Shown here: piece after piece, positions 10,451-20,546 of the stretch
Numbering within the stretch: the stretch's first letter is position 1
How the letters are laid out: every line of letters starts with the position of its first letter
From: a virus
Strand: one strand, 5' to 3'
DNA length: 64,000 nt
IMG/VR virus record: IMGVR_UViG_3300044655_001643
Position numbers and translations under genes: made by a program
The notes under the pieces: model-generated
Databases searched by the model: none
Told to the model about the DNA's origin: nothing
What the model saw: only the letters and a program-made list of their open reading frames with translations

Positions 10451-11293
10451 TCAGGATTCTTCGGTTTTCTCTGAATCGTCTTTTAGCAAAAGAGTATTTG
10501 TCAATGAAGATTTATCAAATACAGAAAAACCTCTACGTTGTGCAAATGCCTCTGGGTCTTTTTCCCACTTATCTGCACATGCTTCCAACCATTTCATTGT
10601 CATTTCATGTGTTGGTGCAACACCCTTTGAAATCAATTGATTCTCCATATTTAGATACGCAAATACTTCAGCTTGTGCCTGTGCTGCATTGATACCTAAG
10701 TCGAACAGATAAATCAAATTGCCCTCATCAATCATACCATTTCGTGAACGTGCAGCATTCAATGCTTGTTTCATACAAGTCATGATATGGTATCGAGATT
10801 CTTCACGTTCATAATCTTCTTCGGTAATCTCATTCTTACCTACTTTTTCTAACAACTGCTTGTGTTGATTGACCATGAAGTTCATTTTTCGAAGGGCACC
10901 ATTGACATGATTCTGTGTGCCTTCTAGATGAGAGTTCAATTCGAGAATCTCAATCTCTAACATTTCACGGTCAAACTCATCGGTTGCTTTTTCTAACTCA
11001 GCTTGTTTGCGCTTGAGTTCTACTTGCTTCTTACGCATATTGATGTATGCTTCTTGAAGTGCGGAACGTGTTCGGTCTATCTCTGCTAGTGTATGTTTGA
11101 TTGACCGAACTGGTGTAATTGCAGTTACATCCAGTGTTACCTGCATGAACTGTGAATGTGACTTGTGAAAGTTGCTGGTATCTTTGACAACAGCAGGCAT
11201 TCTATCCTGAATATTTTTGAGCATTACATTATATTCAGGTTTTTGCACAGCCAATGCTGTGGACATGTTACTCAAAATCAAATCATTAGACAT
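10451..11293 (-). CDS. Hypothetical coiled-coil protein linked to the propeller genes
   Basis: 280 aa, helical and charged; strong SD AGGAG. Confidence 0.65.
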   Translation of the reverse strand: MSNDLILSNMSTALAVQKPEYNVMLKNIQDRMPAVVKDTSNFHKSHSQFMQVTLDVTAITPVRSIKHTLAEIDRTRSALQEAYINMRKKQVELKRKQAELEKATDEFDREMLEIEILELNSHLEGTQNHVNGALRKMNFMVNQHKQLLEKVGKNEITEEDYEREESRYHIMTCMKQALNAARSRNGMIDEGNLIYLFDLGINAAQAQAEVFAYLNMENQLISKGVAPTHEMTMKWLEACADKWEKDPEAFAQRRGFSVFDKSSLTNTLLLKDDSEKTEES

Positions 11294-11342
11294 CTATTTC
11301 TCCTGTTTCATTGTAAAGTCATGCTATTATATAGTGTGCTGT

Positions 11343-13262
11343 TTATAGACCACCATGGGCGTTTGTACAACCTGGAGCAAATCCTGCTGCTGCTGCCAGG
11401 TCACCAAAATCAATTGAGTTTCCAATAGAAGCAATAGTTATGTATTGAATTACATTTTGATAGCTCCCACCAACCTCTCCGCCTGCCATCAAACCTCTTG
11501 TAGAAGAAGCACCTCCAGCAAGGGTGAAAGCTACAGCCAACAAATCTCCAAAATCTGTAGAATTGCCAGTTGACGCTATGGTGATATATTGAATTACATT
11601 AGTTGCACCGCCAGCAAATATTCCTCGGGTATCATTTGACAAACCACACATGCCATAATTACCAGCAATTAAATCGCCAAAATCTGTAGCATTGCCGACT
11701 GATGCGATTGTAACGTAGTCCATAATATTGACGGCCGTATTTGGACCAACAATATAGCCACCACCCCAAACTCCTCTTGTAGGTGATGACAATGCGGCAA
11801 TTGCATCTCTTGCTTGAGTCAAATCGCCAAAATCTGTAGCGTTCCCTGTTGATGCAATAGTTACATACTGAACCGTATTTTCATCAGCCGATCCATTGTA
11901 CCCACCACCAAACAGACCTCTAGTTGAAGAAGAACAGCCAGCAAGAGAATAATTTCCAGCCAACAAATCACCAAAGTCTGAAACTTTTCCAAATGTAGAA
12001 AATTCAATATATGAAATAACGTTTGATGGAGCAGATCCATCACCAGCAAAAAGACCTCTTGTAGATGATGAACACGCACCCATGTAATTTGTTTTTGTAA
12101 ACAAATCACCAAACTGATAGCCATTACCTAGCGTTGCAATATTGAAATACTGAATTGCTGATGTGCTTATACCAATTGCAACAGCGCCACCTGCCACAAA
12201 CATCATCGCAGCACTTGTTGGTGTAGGTTGGACTGCGCCGGCAGCATTAGAACATCCAGCGTTATAATATGTACTAGCTGAAAGGTCTCCAAAGTCTGTG
12301 GCATTTCCTATAGACGCTATTGTTACATACTCAATCACGTTTCTACTTGTAGCGCCATTGAATCCTCCCGCAAACACCGATCTTACAGCAGAAGCACAAG
12401 AACTTAATGCAAAAAAACCTCCAGATAAATCTCCAAAATCTGTAGCGTTTCCAATTGAAGCGATAGTAACATAATCAATTATATTTAATGCTGAACTTAC
12501 AATTCCACCAGCAAAAAGACTTCTTGTGCTTGAAGCCGACGATGCTCCAGCATATCGAGCTACAGTTAAATCACCAAAATCACTTGAATTTCCAGCCGAG
12601 GCGATTGCTATGTAGTCAATAACATTTGAAACACTTTGCGCTCTATATTGTGTTCCAATCAATCCTCTTGTGTCTGATGCAGAGCTTGATGTTACATACA
12701 TTTTTGCTGAGAGATCACCAAAATCTACAGCGTTTCCTGTTGATGCGATTGTAATGTATTGAATTACGTTTGAACCATTTGCATCAGATCCATTGTAATC
12801 AGCAAAAAATAGTCCTCTTACATGATTTGAACACGCCGAAAGATATCCTCCGGTTGCAATCAAATCACCAAAATCTACAGCGTTCCCAGCCGCAGCAAAA
12901 GTTACATATTCAATCACATTAGCATAACCACCGCCGCCACCAAAAATTCCACGAACTGAAGAGGCGCAACTAGCAAGCTGATATAAACCACTTCCTGCAG
13001 TCAAATCTCCAAAATCAGTAGCATTAGCCGGATTTACAATTGATATTCTATCAATCGTATTGACGCCAACCCCACCAGCTACACCACCACCAAACAAACC
13101 AATCGGTGCTACATTCCCCACAATAGGCCACAATCCTTGTTTGTTCCAATATGCTGCTAACTCTAATGTCCACACACCTGAAGCTGCACTGTCTTGATAA
13201 GGACCAGCAGGAGTAACAGGTGTGCTTCTGATTACACCACCAGGATAACTTTTGATACCCAT
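11343..13262 (-). CDS. Double Kelch-like beta-propeller adhesin (12 DFGDL repeats)
   Basis: Twelve ~45-aa repeats RG.F.GG...NVI.Y.TIAS.GNA.DFGDL. Confidence 0.75.
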   Translation of the reverse strand: MGIKSYPGGVIRSTPVTPAGPYQDSAASGVWTLELAAYWNKQGLWPIVGNVAPIGLFGGGVAGGVGVNTIDRISIVNPANATDFGDLTAGSGLYQLASCASSVRGIFGGGGGYANVIEYVTFAAAGNAVDFGDLIATGGYLSACSNHVRGLFFADYNGSDANGSNVIQYITIASTGNAVDFGDLSAKMYVTSSSASDTRGLIGTQYRAQSVSNVIDYIAIASAGNSSDFGDLTVARYAGASSASSTRSLFAGGIVSSALNIIDYVTIASIGNATDFGDLSGGFFALSSCASAVRSVFAGGFNGATSRNVIEYVTIASIGNATDFGDLSASTYYNAGCSNAAGAVQPTPTSAAMMFVAGGAVAIGISTSAIQYFNIATLGNGYQFGDLFTKTNYMGACSSSTRGLFAGDGSAPSNVISYIEFSTFGKVSDFGDLLAGNYSLAGCSSSTRGLFGGGYNGSADENTVQYVTIASTGNATDFGDLTQARDAIAALSSPTRGVWGGGYIVGPNTAVNIMDYVTIASVGNATDFGDLIAGNYGMCGLSNDTRGIFAGGATNVIQYITIASTGNSTDFGDLLAVAFTLAGGASSTRGLMAGGEVGGSYQNVIQYITIASIGNSIDFGDLAAAAGFAPGCTNAHGGL

Positions 13263-14200
13263 TATTGAAGTCCTCCGTTACCAGATGAAGTTGCAGCACC
13301 TCCACTAGCGACAACAGTTAAGTCACCAAAGTCTATAGCATTTCCTGTTGTGGCAATTGTTACATATTGAATCGTGTTTACTGCAACAGTTGTATATCCT
13401 CCTGCAAAAATTCCTCTTGTTGGGTTAGAGGTAGAAGCCATATATCCAGTTGGGGTCAGCAAATCACCAAAATCAGTAAAGTTTCCAATAGTGGCGATTG
13501 TTACATAATCTATTATATTTGTAAGATCACCGCCAGCCATTAAGCCTCGAACTCCGTTTGAACAGCCCTGTACTCCTTGTTTGGTAGCATTGGTACCAGT
13601 CAAGTTTCCGAATGTTGTACCATTTCCTGTCGTTGCTATAGTCACATATTCACAAGCGACTGTTGGACCACCCGTTGTTGATAAGTTTGCTATTGCCCTA
13701 GTAGAAGAAAAAGTAGAGCCTCCATAGTTCACAGCGGTAGACAAAGTTCCAAAACTAGTCACTGATCCGGTTGTAGCGATGGTGACATATTCAATGAGGT
13801 TATTACTGCCTTCACCGCCGATTATCAAACCACGGGTTGTTGAGTTTGCTCCAGTTGCCCCGTTGTGTTGTTGAGCTGCAAGGGCTCCCCAATCTATTGC
13901 ATTGCCCTGTGTTGCAATGGTGACGTAGCTGACAATCTGTCTAGAATAATAACCACCGGCAAATATGGCACGGGTGCTAGAACCAAATCCAGCAAGTCCC
14001 CAAGTTGCATAAAGAAGGTCACCAAAATCTGTAGCGTTTCCAGTAGATGCCACCGCAACATAACTAATTACATTATTGTCGCCAAGAGTCGATATATTAC
14101 CACCTGCAATAAGCGCACGTGAAGTATCATTGGTCCACTGATTCTGTCCCACTGCTTGAAATACTGCTGGAAGACTCCATACACCAGAATAACTAGGCAT
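13262..14200 (-). CDS. Kelch-like beta-propeller adhesin (6 repeats)
   Basis: Six DFGDL-type repeats; N-terminal SGVWSL motif. Confidence 0.75.
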   Translation of the reverse strand: MPSYSGVWSLPAVFQAVGQNQWTNDTSRALIAGGNISTLGDNNVISYVAVASTGNATDFGDLLYATWGLAGFGSSTRAIFAGGYYSRQIVSYVTIATQGNAIDWGALAAQQHNGATGANSTTRGLIIGGEGSNNLIEYVTIATTGSVTSFGTLSTAVNYGGSTFSSTRAIANLSTTGGPTVACEYVTIATTGNGTTFGNLTGTNATKQGVQGCSNGVRGLMAGGDLTNIIDYVTIATIGNFTDFGDLLTPTGYMASTSNPTRGIFAGGYTTVAVNTIQYVTIATTGNAIDFGDLTVVASGGAATSSGNGGLQ

Positions 14201-15357
14201 TATAGACCTCCGTTAGCGTTGGAACAGCCTGCTATCCCAAAAACGCTGTTAACCAAATCACCAAAATCAGTAGCATTTCCAGTAGACGCTATCGTTACAT
14301 AATCGATGACGTTACCGCCACCAGCCCCTCCAGCAAATACACCTCGTGTTGTGTTTGATGTTGAGCCTATGTAATACCTCCCTACTGTGAGATCGCCAAA
14401 GTCTATGGAATTACCCGTAGAAGCTATGGTGATATACTGTATGGTATTTTGATTCCCTGCGTTGCCTGCCTGTGCGCCAAAAAGTCCACGTGTAGATGAA
14501 CCACATCCAGCTAAACCATAATCAGCACCAAGCAAATCCCCAAAGTCTGTCGCATTTCCCACTGAAGAAATTGTTACATAGTCAATAATATTTGTTAGGG
14601 CTGCTCCTGTTCCGCCTGCAAAAACACCACGTGTAGGTGAAGAGCATGCCGCAAGTGTTGAAGAAGCTCTAGTCATATCTCCAAAATCTGTGGAATTTCC
14701 AATCGATGCATATGTAATGTATTGAATTACGTTGCTGCCAAGTCCTGTACCACCACCAGCAAAAAGGCCTCTAGTTGAAGAACCACATCCAGCTGGACCC
14801 TCTGCACTACCAAGCAAATCTCCAAAATCAGTAGCGTTGCCAACAGATGCAATAGTCACGTAGTCCACAACATTTTGACCAGACCCGCCACCAAAAACTC
14901 CACGGGTAGCGGAGGCGCAGGCAGCAATGTAATTTCTTGAAACTGTTAAATCGCCAAAATCAGTAGCGTTGCTAGTAGATGCTATGGTAATGTATTGAAT
15001 TACGTTCGTACCGCCACCAGCAAACAAACCTCTAATTCCAACAGGAGTTACACTTTCACTCACTTCACTAAAGGGGCTAGGACCATAACTATTTAACGCC
15101 CAAACACGAAACGTATATGGTGTGTCGTTAGTCAGACCTGTAACTGTAATAGGAGAAGAAGAACCAGTCGCTGCTACACCAGTATTTGAAACAGCGTAGT
15201 ATGCAGTAATGGCAGCTCCGCCAATGTTCGATGGTGCAGTAAAAGTGACGGATGCTTCAGCGTCACCACCTGTTGCTGTGCCAATCGTTGGCGCATTAGG
15301 AACCTGTAGTGGATTATAGAAAGCTGATATAAAACCAGCTATGCGACGACCTGGCAT
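14200..15357 (-). CDS. FN3 domain plus Kelch-like propeller adhesin (6 repeats)
   Basis: PNAPTIGTAT...VTFTAP..GG..IT.Y...ITVTGLTN...YTFRVWALN..G (FN3), followed by six DFGDL repeats. Confidence 0.78.
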   Translation of the reverse strand: MPGRRIAGFISAFYNPLQVPNAPTIGTATGGDAEASVTFTAPSNIGGAAITAYYAVSNTGVAATGSSSPITVTGLTNDTPYTFRVWALNSYGPSPFSEVSESVTPVGIRGLFAGGGTNVIQYITIASTSNATDFGDLTVSRNYIAACASATRGVFGGGSGQNVVDYVTIASVGNATDFGDLLGSAEGPAGCGSSTRGLFAGGGTGLGSNVIQYITYASIGNSTDFGDMTRASSTLAACSSPTRGVFAGGTGAALTNIIDYVTISSVGNATDFGDLLGADYGLAGCGSSTRGLFGAQAGNAGNQNTIQYITIASTGNSIDFGDLTVGRYYIGSTSNTTRGVFAGGAGGGNVIDYVTIASTGNATDFGDLVNSVFGIAGCSNANGGL

Positions 15358-15363
15358 TTTATA

Positions 15364-15747
15364 TTAGCTAATCGTTTCGTATGAACAAGTAAATGTCAAA
15401 GAGTTTGCTGAACTACTCTGTACCCATACCATACTTGCTTCACCCGTAACAGTGGTGTCTAACAAATAAAATGATGTACTTTTGTCCAGTAACACTAGCG
15501 TTGCATCAGCAGGAACTGAAATCGTGTTTGCAATCGAACGGTATGTTGTACCGTCTGCAAGACGAAGTTCCACTGTGCAATCGTATGCAGTTGCTGGATC
15601 CAGATTTGCTACAATGATTGTGTTGATTTTATGTGTCGCACCTGATGCAGGCGCTGCAACCAATCCTTGTCGTGCAGTGTTTGCTGGCGTAAGTGTCACT
15701 GTATGTGGTACAATGGTAGTTACGTTTACAATATTAGGTGCGGCCAT
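15364..15747 (-). CDS. Small beta-sandwich adaptor, type C (MAAPNIVNV...)
   Basis: Paralogous pattern I.VAN...ISVPA.ATL...SYETIS. Confidence 0.65.
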   Translation of the reverse strand: MAAPNIVNVTTIVPHTVTLTPANTARQGLVAAPASGATHKINTIIVANLDPATAYDCTVELRLADGTTYRSIANTISVPADATLVLLDKSTSFYLLDTTVTGEASMVWVQSSSANSLTFTCSYETIS

Positions 15748-15750
15748 TTA

Positions 15751-16323
15751 TTATGCTCCAAAAATAATTGATCCTATAAATCCTGAACTTAGGATTTTTG
15801 AGTTTGCTGAAGAAGAAAATTGATTTGCTGAAATTGATGTCTCGGCAATGAGATTACCAGTGATTTGCCCTGCAACGATGTTATTGCCACGAATTGCATT
15901 CGCAACGATGTTGTTACCCGACACAGCATTGTCTGCAATCAAGTTACCCGTAATCGTACCAGCAACGATGTTATTGCCACGAATTGCATTGACTGTGATA
16001 TTGTTACCAGAAACTGCACCACTTGCAAGTTTTACACCCGTAACAGAACCATCTGATGGTACTTGTGTTGTTGTACCATTACCAAGATGATGAATAATGA
16101 CATTGTTTGTACCAGTACCGGGTGCAACTGTAAATGTGATAACAGCACCATTCAACGAATAGTCGAAGCCAGGTCTTTGATATACACCATTGACATACAC
16201 AGCAATAGATGCTGTGCCTGCTGGTGACCTTGCCAATGTGCCAAAAGCAACAGTGCTACCGTCACCGTTGTAAACATCAACGATATAAGGTACTGATGTA
16301 ACTTGATTGCCAATATAAGACAT
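15751..16323 (-). CDS. Fibre linker: MSYIGN start, Ig-like domain, repeat stalk, IIFGA end
   Basis: GDGSTVAF...VYVNGVYQRP...FTVAP domain followed by GNNIVAGTITGNLIA repeats. Confidence 0.7.
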   Translation of the reverse strand: MSYIGNQVTSVPYIVDVYNGDGSTVAFGTLARSPAGTASIAVYVNGVYQRPGFDYSLNGAVITFTVAPGTGTNNVIIHHLGNGTTTQVPSDGSVTGVKLASGAVSGNNITVNAIRGNNIVAGTITGNLIADNAVSGNNIVANAIRGNNIVAGQITGNLIAETSISANQFSSSANSKILSSGFIGSIIFGA

Positions 16324-16342
16324 TTATATTCCTGTTTTTACT

Positions 16343-16762
16343 TTATTTATTTGACCTTGATGGCGGTTCACCATCAGGTGCAGGATATTGTTCGTTCACC
16401 AATTTGATTGTACGATAAAAGTCTGATTCTTTTCCTGGAATCTGCTCTTTATCAATTGCATTCCACAACATATTGAATAATACTGTGATGTCAGGATATG
16501 CTTGATACCGATCATAAAAGTGTTGCCAGTAATCACAAAATCTTTGTTGAAACTCTAATTCTTCTTCTATTTCTTCTTGTGTTGGTGGTGACAATCCTTC
16601 TTCATCTTGCCACTCACCAAAAATATAATTACCATCTTGTTGTGATAAACCATACTTTGCAGTTGGTCTAAGCGCACGAATTGCTGATTGTGGGTTACAT
16701 GAAAACTTTTTATTTTCATGATCAATCAAAAACTGCGAATAAAATATTTCTTCGTTATTCAT
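16343..16762 (-). CDS. Hypothetical acidic protein, possible fibre chaperone
   Basis: ALRP...W......PPTQEEIEEEL...R..AYP pattern seen in fibre-associated small proteins; late promoter AGTAAATA at 16784..16791. Confidence 0.5.
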   Translation of the reverse strand: MNNEEIFYSQFLIDHENKKFSCNPQSAIRALRPTAKYGLSQQDGNYIFGEWQDEEGLSPPTQEEIEEELEFQQRFCDYWQHFYDRYQAYPDITVLFNMLWNAIDKEQIPGKESDFYRTIKLVNEQYPAPDGEPPSRSNK

Positions 16763-16790
16763 TCAATCACCTTTCATTTTATGTATTTAC

Positions 16791-17270
16791 TTATGGCTGT
16801 TCTGGCCACTGAATAGTCCAAGGGAAGCCTTCTTGCTCAGAAATGTCACGCAGTGCTTGACGATATGTAGCCCATGCTGCTTTATCAGCAGTTGAATCTT
16901 CCAATTGTGTCCAATCAGATTGCGACAGTCTTTGATTGCGTGTCTGACGAACAGCACTTGCTTGCTCGGCATCTTTTCTTGCTTTATATTCTGCTTCTTG
17001 TTCAGCAGCAGTTTTTTCTTCATTGTCAGTGAAGATTGGTCCTAGTACATACTTAGTGTACCATTTTCCATCTTCTTGCTGTTCAATGCCAGCAAATTGA
17101 CTGTATTGATAAACTGTGCCACCAGATGCTTGTGGTCCTTCAAATACAGAATCAACGCCATTTGCTTCCATCCATTCAAGAGTAATTGGAAAAGGAGCAT
17201 GTGGCAAAGTGCCACGTAGAGCTTGATCTGTTGCAAAGTATTCGCCTGTTGATTGTAATCTGTATCCCAT
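16791..17270 (-). CDS. Tail fibre assembly chaperone
   Basis: C-terminal RNQRLSQSDWTQLED...WATYRQALRDI..QEGFPWTIQWP. Confidence 0.8.
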   Translation of the reverse strand: MGYRLQSTGEYFATDQALRGTLPHAPFPITLEWMEANGVDSVFEGPQASGGTVYQYSQFAGIEQQEDGKWYTKYVLGPIFTDNEEKTAAEQEAEYKARKDAEQASAVRQTRNQRLSQSDWTQLEDSTADKAAWATYRQALRDISEQEGFPWTIQWPEQP

Positions 17271-17295
17271 GATTGTTTCCTATTGAAAAATTGTT

Positions 17296-20187
17296 TTATG
17301 CGATTGCCATGTAAATAAATTTTGGGTTTGATACGTAGATATCGCCATCACCGTTTCCTAGTATACACATCTCGTTTCCATATGCAACACATAAAAGCGG
17401 CGGAGTGCTGCCGGCGGATCCGCCGGTTGACCAAGTAATTCCGTCAGAGGAATAACCAGTCTCACCTGCCGTGGCGACTGCAACAAATCTATTATCCGTC
17501 CAAACAACGCCTCGGATGTTATTGCCAGACAAGGCGCCAGGGCTTCTGCTTGTCCATGTGATCAAATCTGGTGATGTTCTTGTGACTCCACTATTACCCA
17601 TCGCTACGTAAAGGTTATTTCCATAAGCGATGGCATAATAATCGTCGGTAGCGCCGCCAGTGTTTTGAACTGTAAAGTTAATACCGTCAGCTGAGGAAAC
17701 CAATGCACCGTTGTTACCTGCGAATACAAGAATTCCATTTAATAATTTGACGACATTTAAAGTTTGAGCAGTGCCGATTGATACCGTTGACCAAGTAACA
17801 CCATCGGTCGAAGAAACTACTGTTCCACTTACACCACATGCCCAATATTTACCGAATGCGTAAGCAGCACTCGTCAAATTACTCGCTGTACCACTAGTTC
17901 TTGTAGTCCAAGTCGTTAGGTTGGAGGAGGTGGATATTCTCCCACCGTCACCAACAGCTAAATAAAGGCCATTACCATAGGCCACACCATTGATAGCCGT
18001 GCTGACACCAGTGAGAACTGCGGAGGTTGTAGTCCACGAATACCCGGAAGTAGAGTATCTGATGTTATTACCTGAATCCCCAAACACCCAATAACCATTC
18101 TCGTACATGATGTCTAAAATATCAAGAGTACCTGCAACAGCAGCTTGCACCTCCCAATTATCGGCGTATGACCCATTAAGATTCTCAGGTGCTGTGCTGG
18201 TTATTTCAAACCCTAATGAGTATGGGTCTATGTAATCAGTAGAAGTGTTTTCAGCAGTGTTTGAATTAAGGGCAAACCAAGGATCATTTCCTGCGACGAT
18301 ACCTCTGGCACTATCGTACACATACGTAAGACCACTTGTTAGTAAAGACCTGATTAAAATGAACCGAGCGCCTGATGTAAACCCGCAGTCCACTTGATTT
18401 GTATTACCCGAACCTTTGCCGACGTAATAGGATACTTTTGATACGCCCGGCACTGAGCCAAACAAATATGCTACTAGACTCGCAGCCGAATCGTTAACGC
18501 CCGTCAGTGTGCCAACAGTAAACACTGATGCCGTCGGTGCAGTATTGTTAAATGCGGTGACACCACCCTCAGGTTGACTTTGACTGTTCAAATTTAACCA
18601 AGCAGTCGGCCCAAGTGTGTTGGTGTAAACAATCCAGTCCCGAGTTCCGGTTGATGATTTGATCCACATCATCTGCGGAACCGCACCGAGGTTATGTGGG
18701 ACTGTTCGAGTTACACCACTACCGGTGTAGGTCACAACATCAAAAAATCCTGGCGCACGTGCAAACGCTTCCACTACTTGGTTACTAGCAACAGTGCTTG
18801 CATTCAAATCCGCTATTCCATCATTACCGACACCAAAACCATTCATCGCAGAGAAAGAATTGCCGTATCCTACTGTCGGCGTCATCAAGGAATCTGCGTC
18901 GGTAACACCTGGCGCCGTGGCGCCAGTCTCCAAATATTGGTTTCCTCTTAATCTATCACCCATCACCATGCCCGAGATGCCCGTCGTATCTCTTTGACGA
19001 GCCATAATCATGTCTGTCAAAATGCCAGTAGGAACTAATCTATTATCTACGTTTGTTCCGGTGTATACAAAAGGCTGAAACACTTTACTAGCATCTGTTG
19101 GTGTTCTCATCGGACCACGACGAATGGCGATGTAGGCAAAGTTATATCCAGCAGTTCCACCTCCATTTAATGCACTGGAAACAGTAAATCCAGTGGCAGT
19201 TGGTCGTATCCATGAAGCACCGAAACTTGCTTCTGCGTCAACAGAATTCGCATAGACATATGAATTGTCCGCTAAAGTCATTTCACGTATAACATCAAAT
19301 ATAAATCCACCAGTAACCGCACCTGATGTAGTGCTTCTAACATATATCCATTGTGGCTCATAACCAAGATTTATGTCTTGCGTAGCACCTGTTGTCGAAG
19401 TATAGCTTCCACAACTAATCACATTGTCCGTGCCAGTAAGACCAAAGCCACCTGCATTGTGAGCGAATACGTATGCAACGTATGTGCTTCCTGCCACACC
19501 ACCAAAATTGGACAAATTAAAGTCAAATGATGTGCTGGTAACGTTTTCACACACCGTTCCAGAAATCGCTGCGGCCGTATCATTTAGATAGAAATATTGA
19601 GAAGCTGTACTTCGATGGTAAACCTGCCAGTTCCCAGTACCGTTTGTCCGTTTAATAAAAATACATCCCGGAATGGAACCTAAAGAATGGTTCACTGTTA
19701 GCAATCCAGAAGCAACTCCGGGTTGAGTAAACGTCACAACATCAAAGAAATTTGGCTGCTGGCGGAATGTCCATGATGTATAACGAGCATTGTTTACACC
19801 TATTCCAGTTGCACTATCGACCGTAAATCCATTAGCGTTAAATGCAGTCAGGCTATTGGCAAGAGAAACCTCTGCACCAGTCGTGTCGCTGTTTATCTCA
19901 TCCGTAACGCCTCGTTCTGTATCAAACAAAAAATTACTAGTTGCCGTACTTCTGCCTTTGATCCAAACTAATCCACCTTTACCCAACAAATCAATTTCGT
20001 TAGTAATGTTTTGGGAGGCTCCAGTGCCTGTATACAAGTACGTCGAAAATACTTCTTCGATGTAATTACGAATTGCAGGTGCCGAAGGAAAAGGAAAACG
20101 TCTAAGGCTCAGTCGATTTGAACTGAACTTATATGTTGATAACTTTTTACTCTGAAGAGTACCTACAGTGGCTCTTTTTAGGCTCAT
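17296..20187 (-). CDS. Large receptor-binding/fibre tip protein with inserted BNR-like propeller
   Basis: Repeated YTG.G domains paralogous to 52948..54957, plus S.DG.TW repeats near the C-terminus. Confidence 0.72.
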   Translation of the reverse strand: MSLKRATVGTLQSKKLSTYKFSSNRLSLRRFPFPSAPAIRNYIEEVFSTYLYTGTGASQNITNEIDLLGKGGLVWIKGRSTATSNFLFDTERGVTDEINSDTTGAEVSLANSLTAFNANGFTVDSATGIGVNNARYTSWTFRQQPNFFDVVTFTQPGVASGLLTVNHSLGSIPGCIFIKRTNGTGNWQVYHRSTASQYFYLNDTAAAISGTVCENVTSTSFDFNLSNFGGVAGSTYVAYVFAHNAGGFGLTGTDNVISCGSYTSTTGATQDINLGYEPQWIYVRSTTSGAVTGGFIFDVIREMTLADNSYVYANSVDAEASFGASWIRPTATGFTVSSALNGGGTAGYNFAYIAIRRGPMRTPTDASKVFQPFVYTGTNVDNRLVPTGILTDMIMARQRDTTGISGMVMGDRLRGNQYLETGATAPGVTDADSLMTPTVGYGNSFSAMNGFGVGNDGIADLNASTVASNQVVEAFARAPGFFDVVTYTGSGVTRTVPHNLGAVPQMMWIKSSTGTRDWIVYTNTLGPTAWLNLNSQSQPEGGVTAFNNTAPTASVFTVGTLTGVNDSAASLVAYLFGSVPGVSKVSYYVGKGSGNTNQVDCGFTSGARFILIRSLLTSGLTYVYDSARGIVAGNDPWFALNSNTAENTSTDYIDPYSLGFEITSTAPENLNGSYADNWEVQAAVAGTLDILDIMYENGYWVFGDSGNNIRYSTSGYSWTTTSAVLTGVSTAINGVAYGNGLYLAVGDGGRISTSSNLTTWTTRTSGTASNLTSAAYAFGKYWACGVSGTVVSSTDGVTWSTVSIGTAQTLNVVKLLNGILVFAGNNGALVSSADGINFTVQNTGGATDDYYAIAYGNNLYVAMGNSGVTRTSPDLITWTSRSPGALSGNNIRGVVWTDNRFVAVATAGETGYSSDGITWSTGGSAGSTPPLLCVAYGNEMCILGNGDGDIYVSNPKFIYMAIA

Positions 20188-20189
20188 TC

Positions 20190-20528
20190 TTAGTAGACTT
20201 CAGTGCCAAATGCGGAGAACGATAAGAGTGAACTGTTTGCATTGACAGAAACAATAGAGCCTGCATTGAGAGTAACACCCAAAGTCAGCGTAACTGTATC
20301 TCTTCCTGGCACATTGACACTGTATGCAAGATAGTTTGCATTTGCCACAGCAACACCTGAAGCGTTAGCTGCAATTCTAAATGCACCACCGTTTGCAGCG
20401 CCTTCATCCAGGTTTGCTACAGTGATTGATGAAATGATAGCAGAATTGCCCGCTGGCACTGTGTAAAGAGTGCTGAGTACATTTGCTGTCGGATTTCTTT
20501 GTCCTAAAATTTTATATGCTCTTGCCAT
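20190..20528 (-). CDS. Small beta-sandwich adaptor, type B (MARAYKILGQ...)
   Basis: LYTVPAG..AIISSITVAN...VNVPG...SFSAFGTEVY. Confidence 0.65.
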   Translation of the reverse strand: MARAYKILGQRNPTANVLSTLYTVPAGNSAIISSITVANLDEGAANGGAFRIAANASGVAVANANYLAYSVNVPGRDTVTLTLGVTLNAGSIVSVNANSSLLSFSAFGTEVY

Positions 20529-20546
20529 TTGTTAGTTTTCCTTTGT

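Noticed and set aside
11343-15357. CRISPR-like array of recurring ccaaaatc/ccaaagtc motifs
   Set aside because: These are codon-degenerate DFGD repeats within ORFs, not identical direct repeats with spacers.
17296-20187. Diversity-generating retroelement or invertible shufflon between the paralogous tip genes
   Set aside because: No reverse transcriptase or recombinase, no adenine-specific repeat pair, and all cassettes are in the same orientation.
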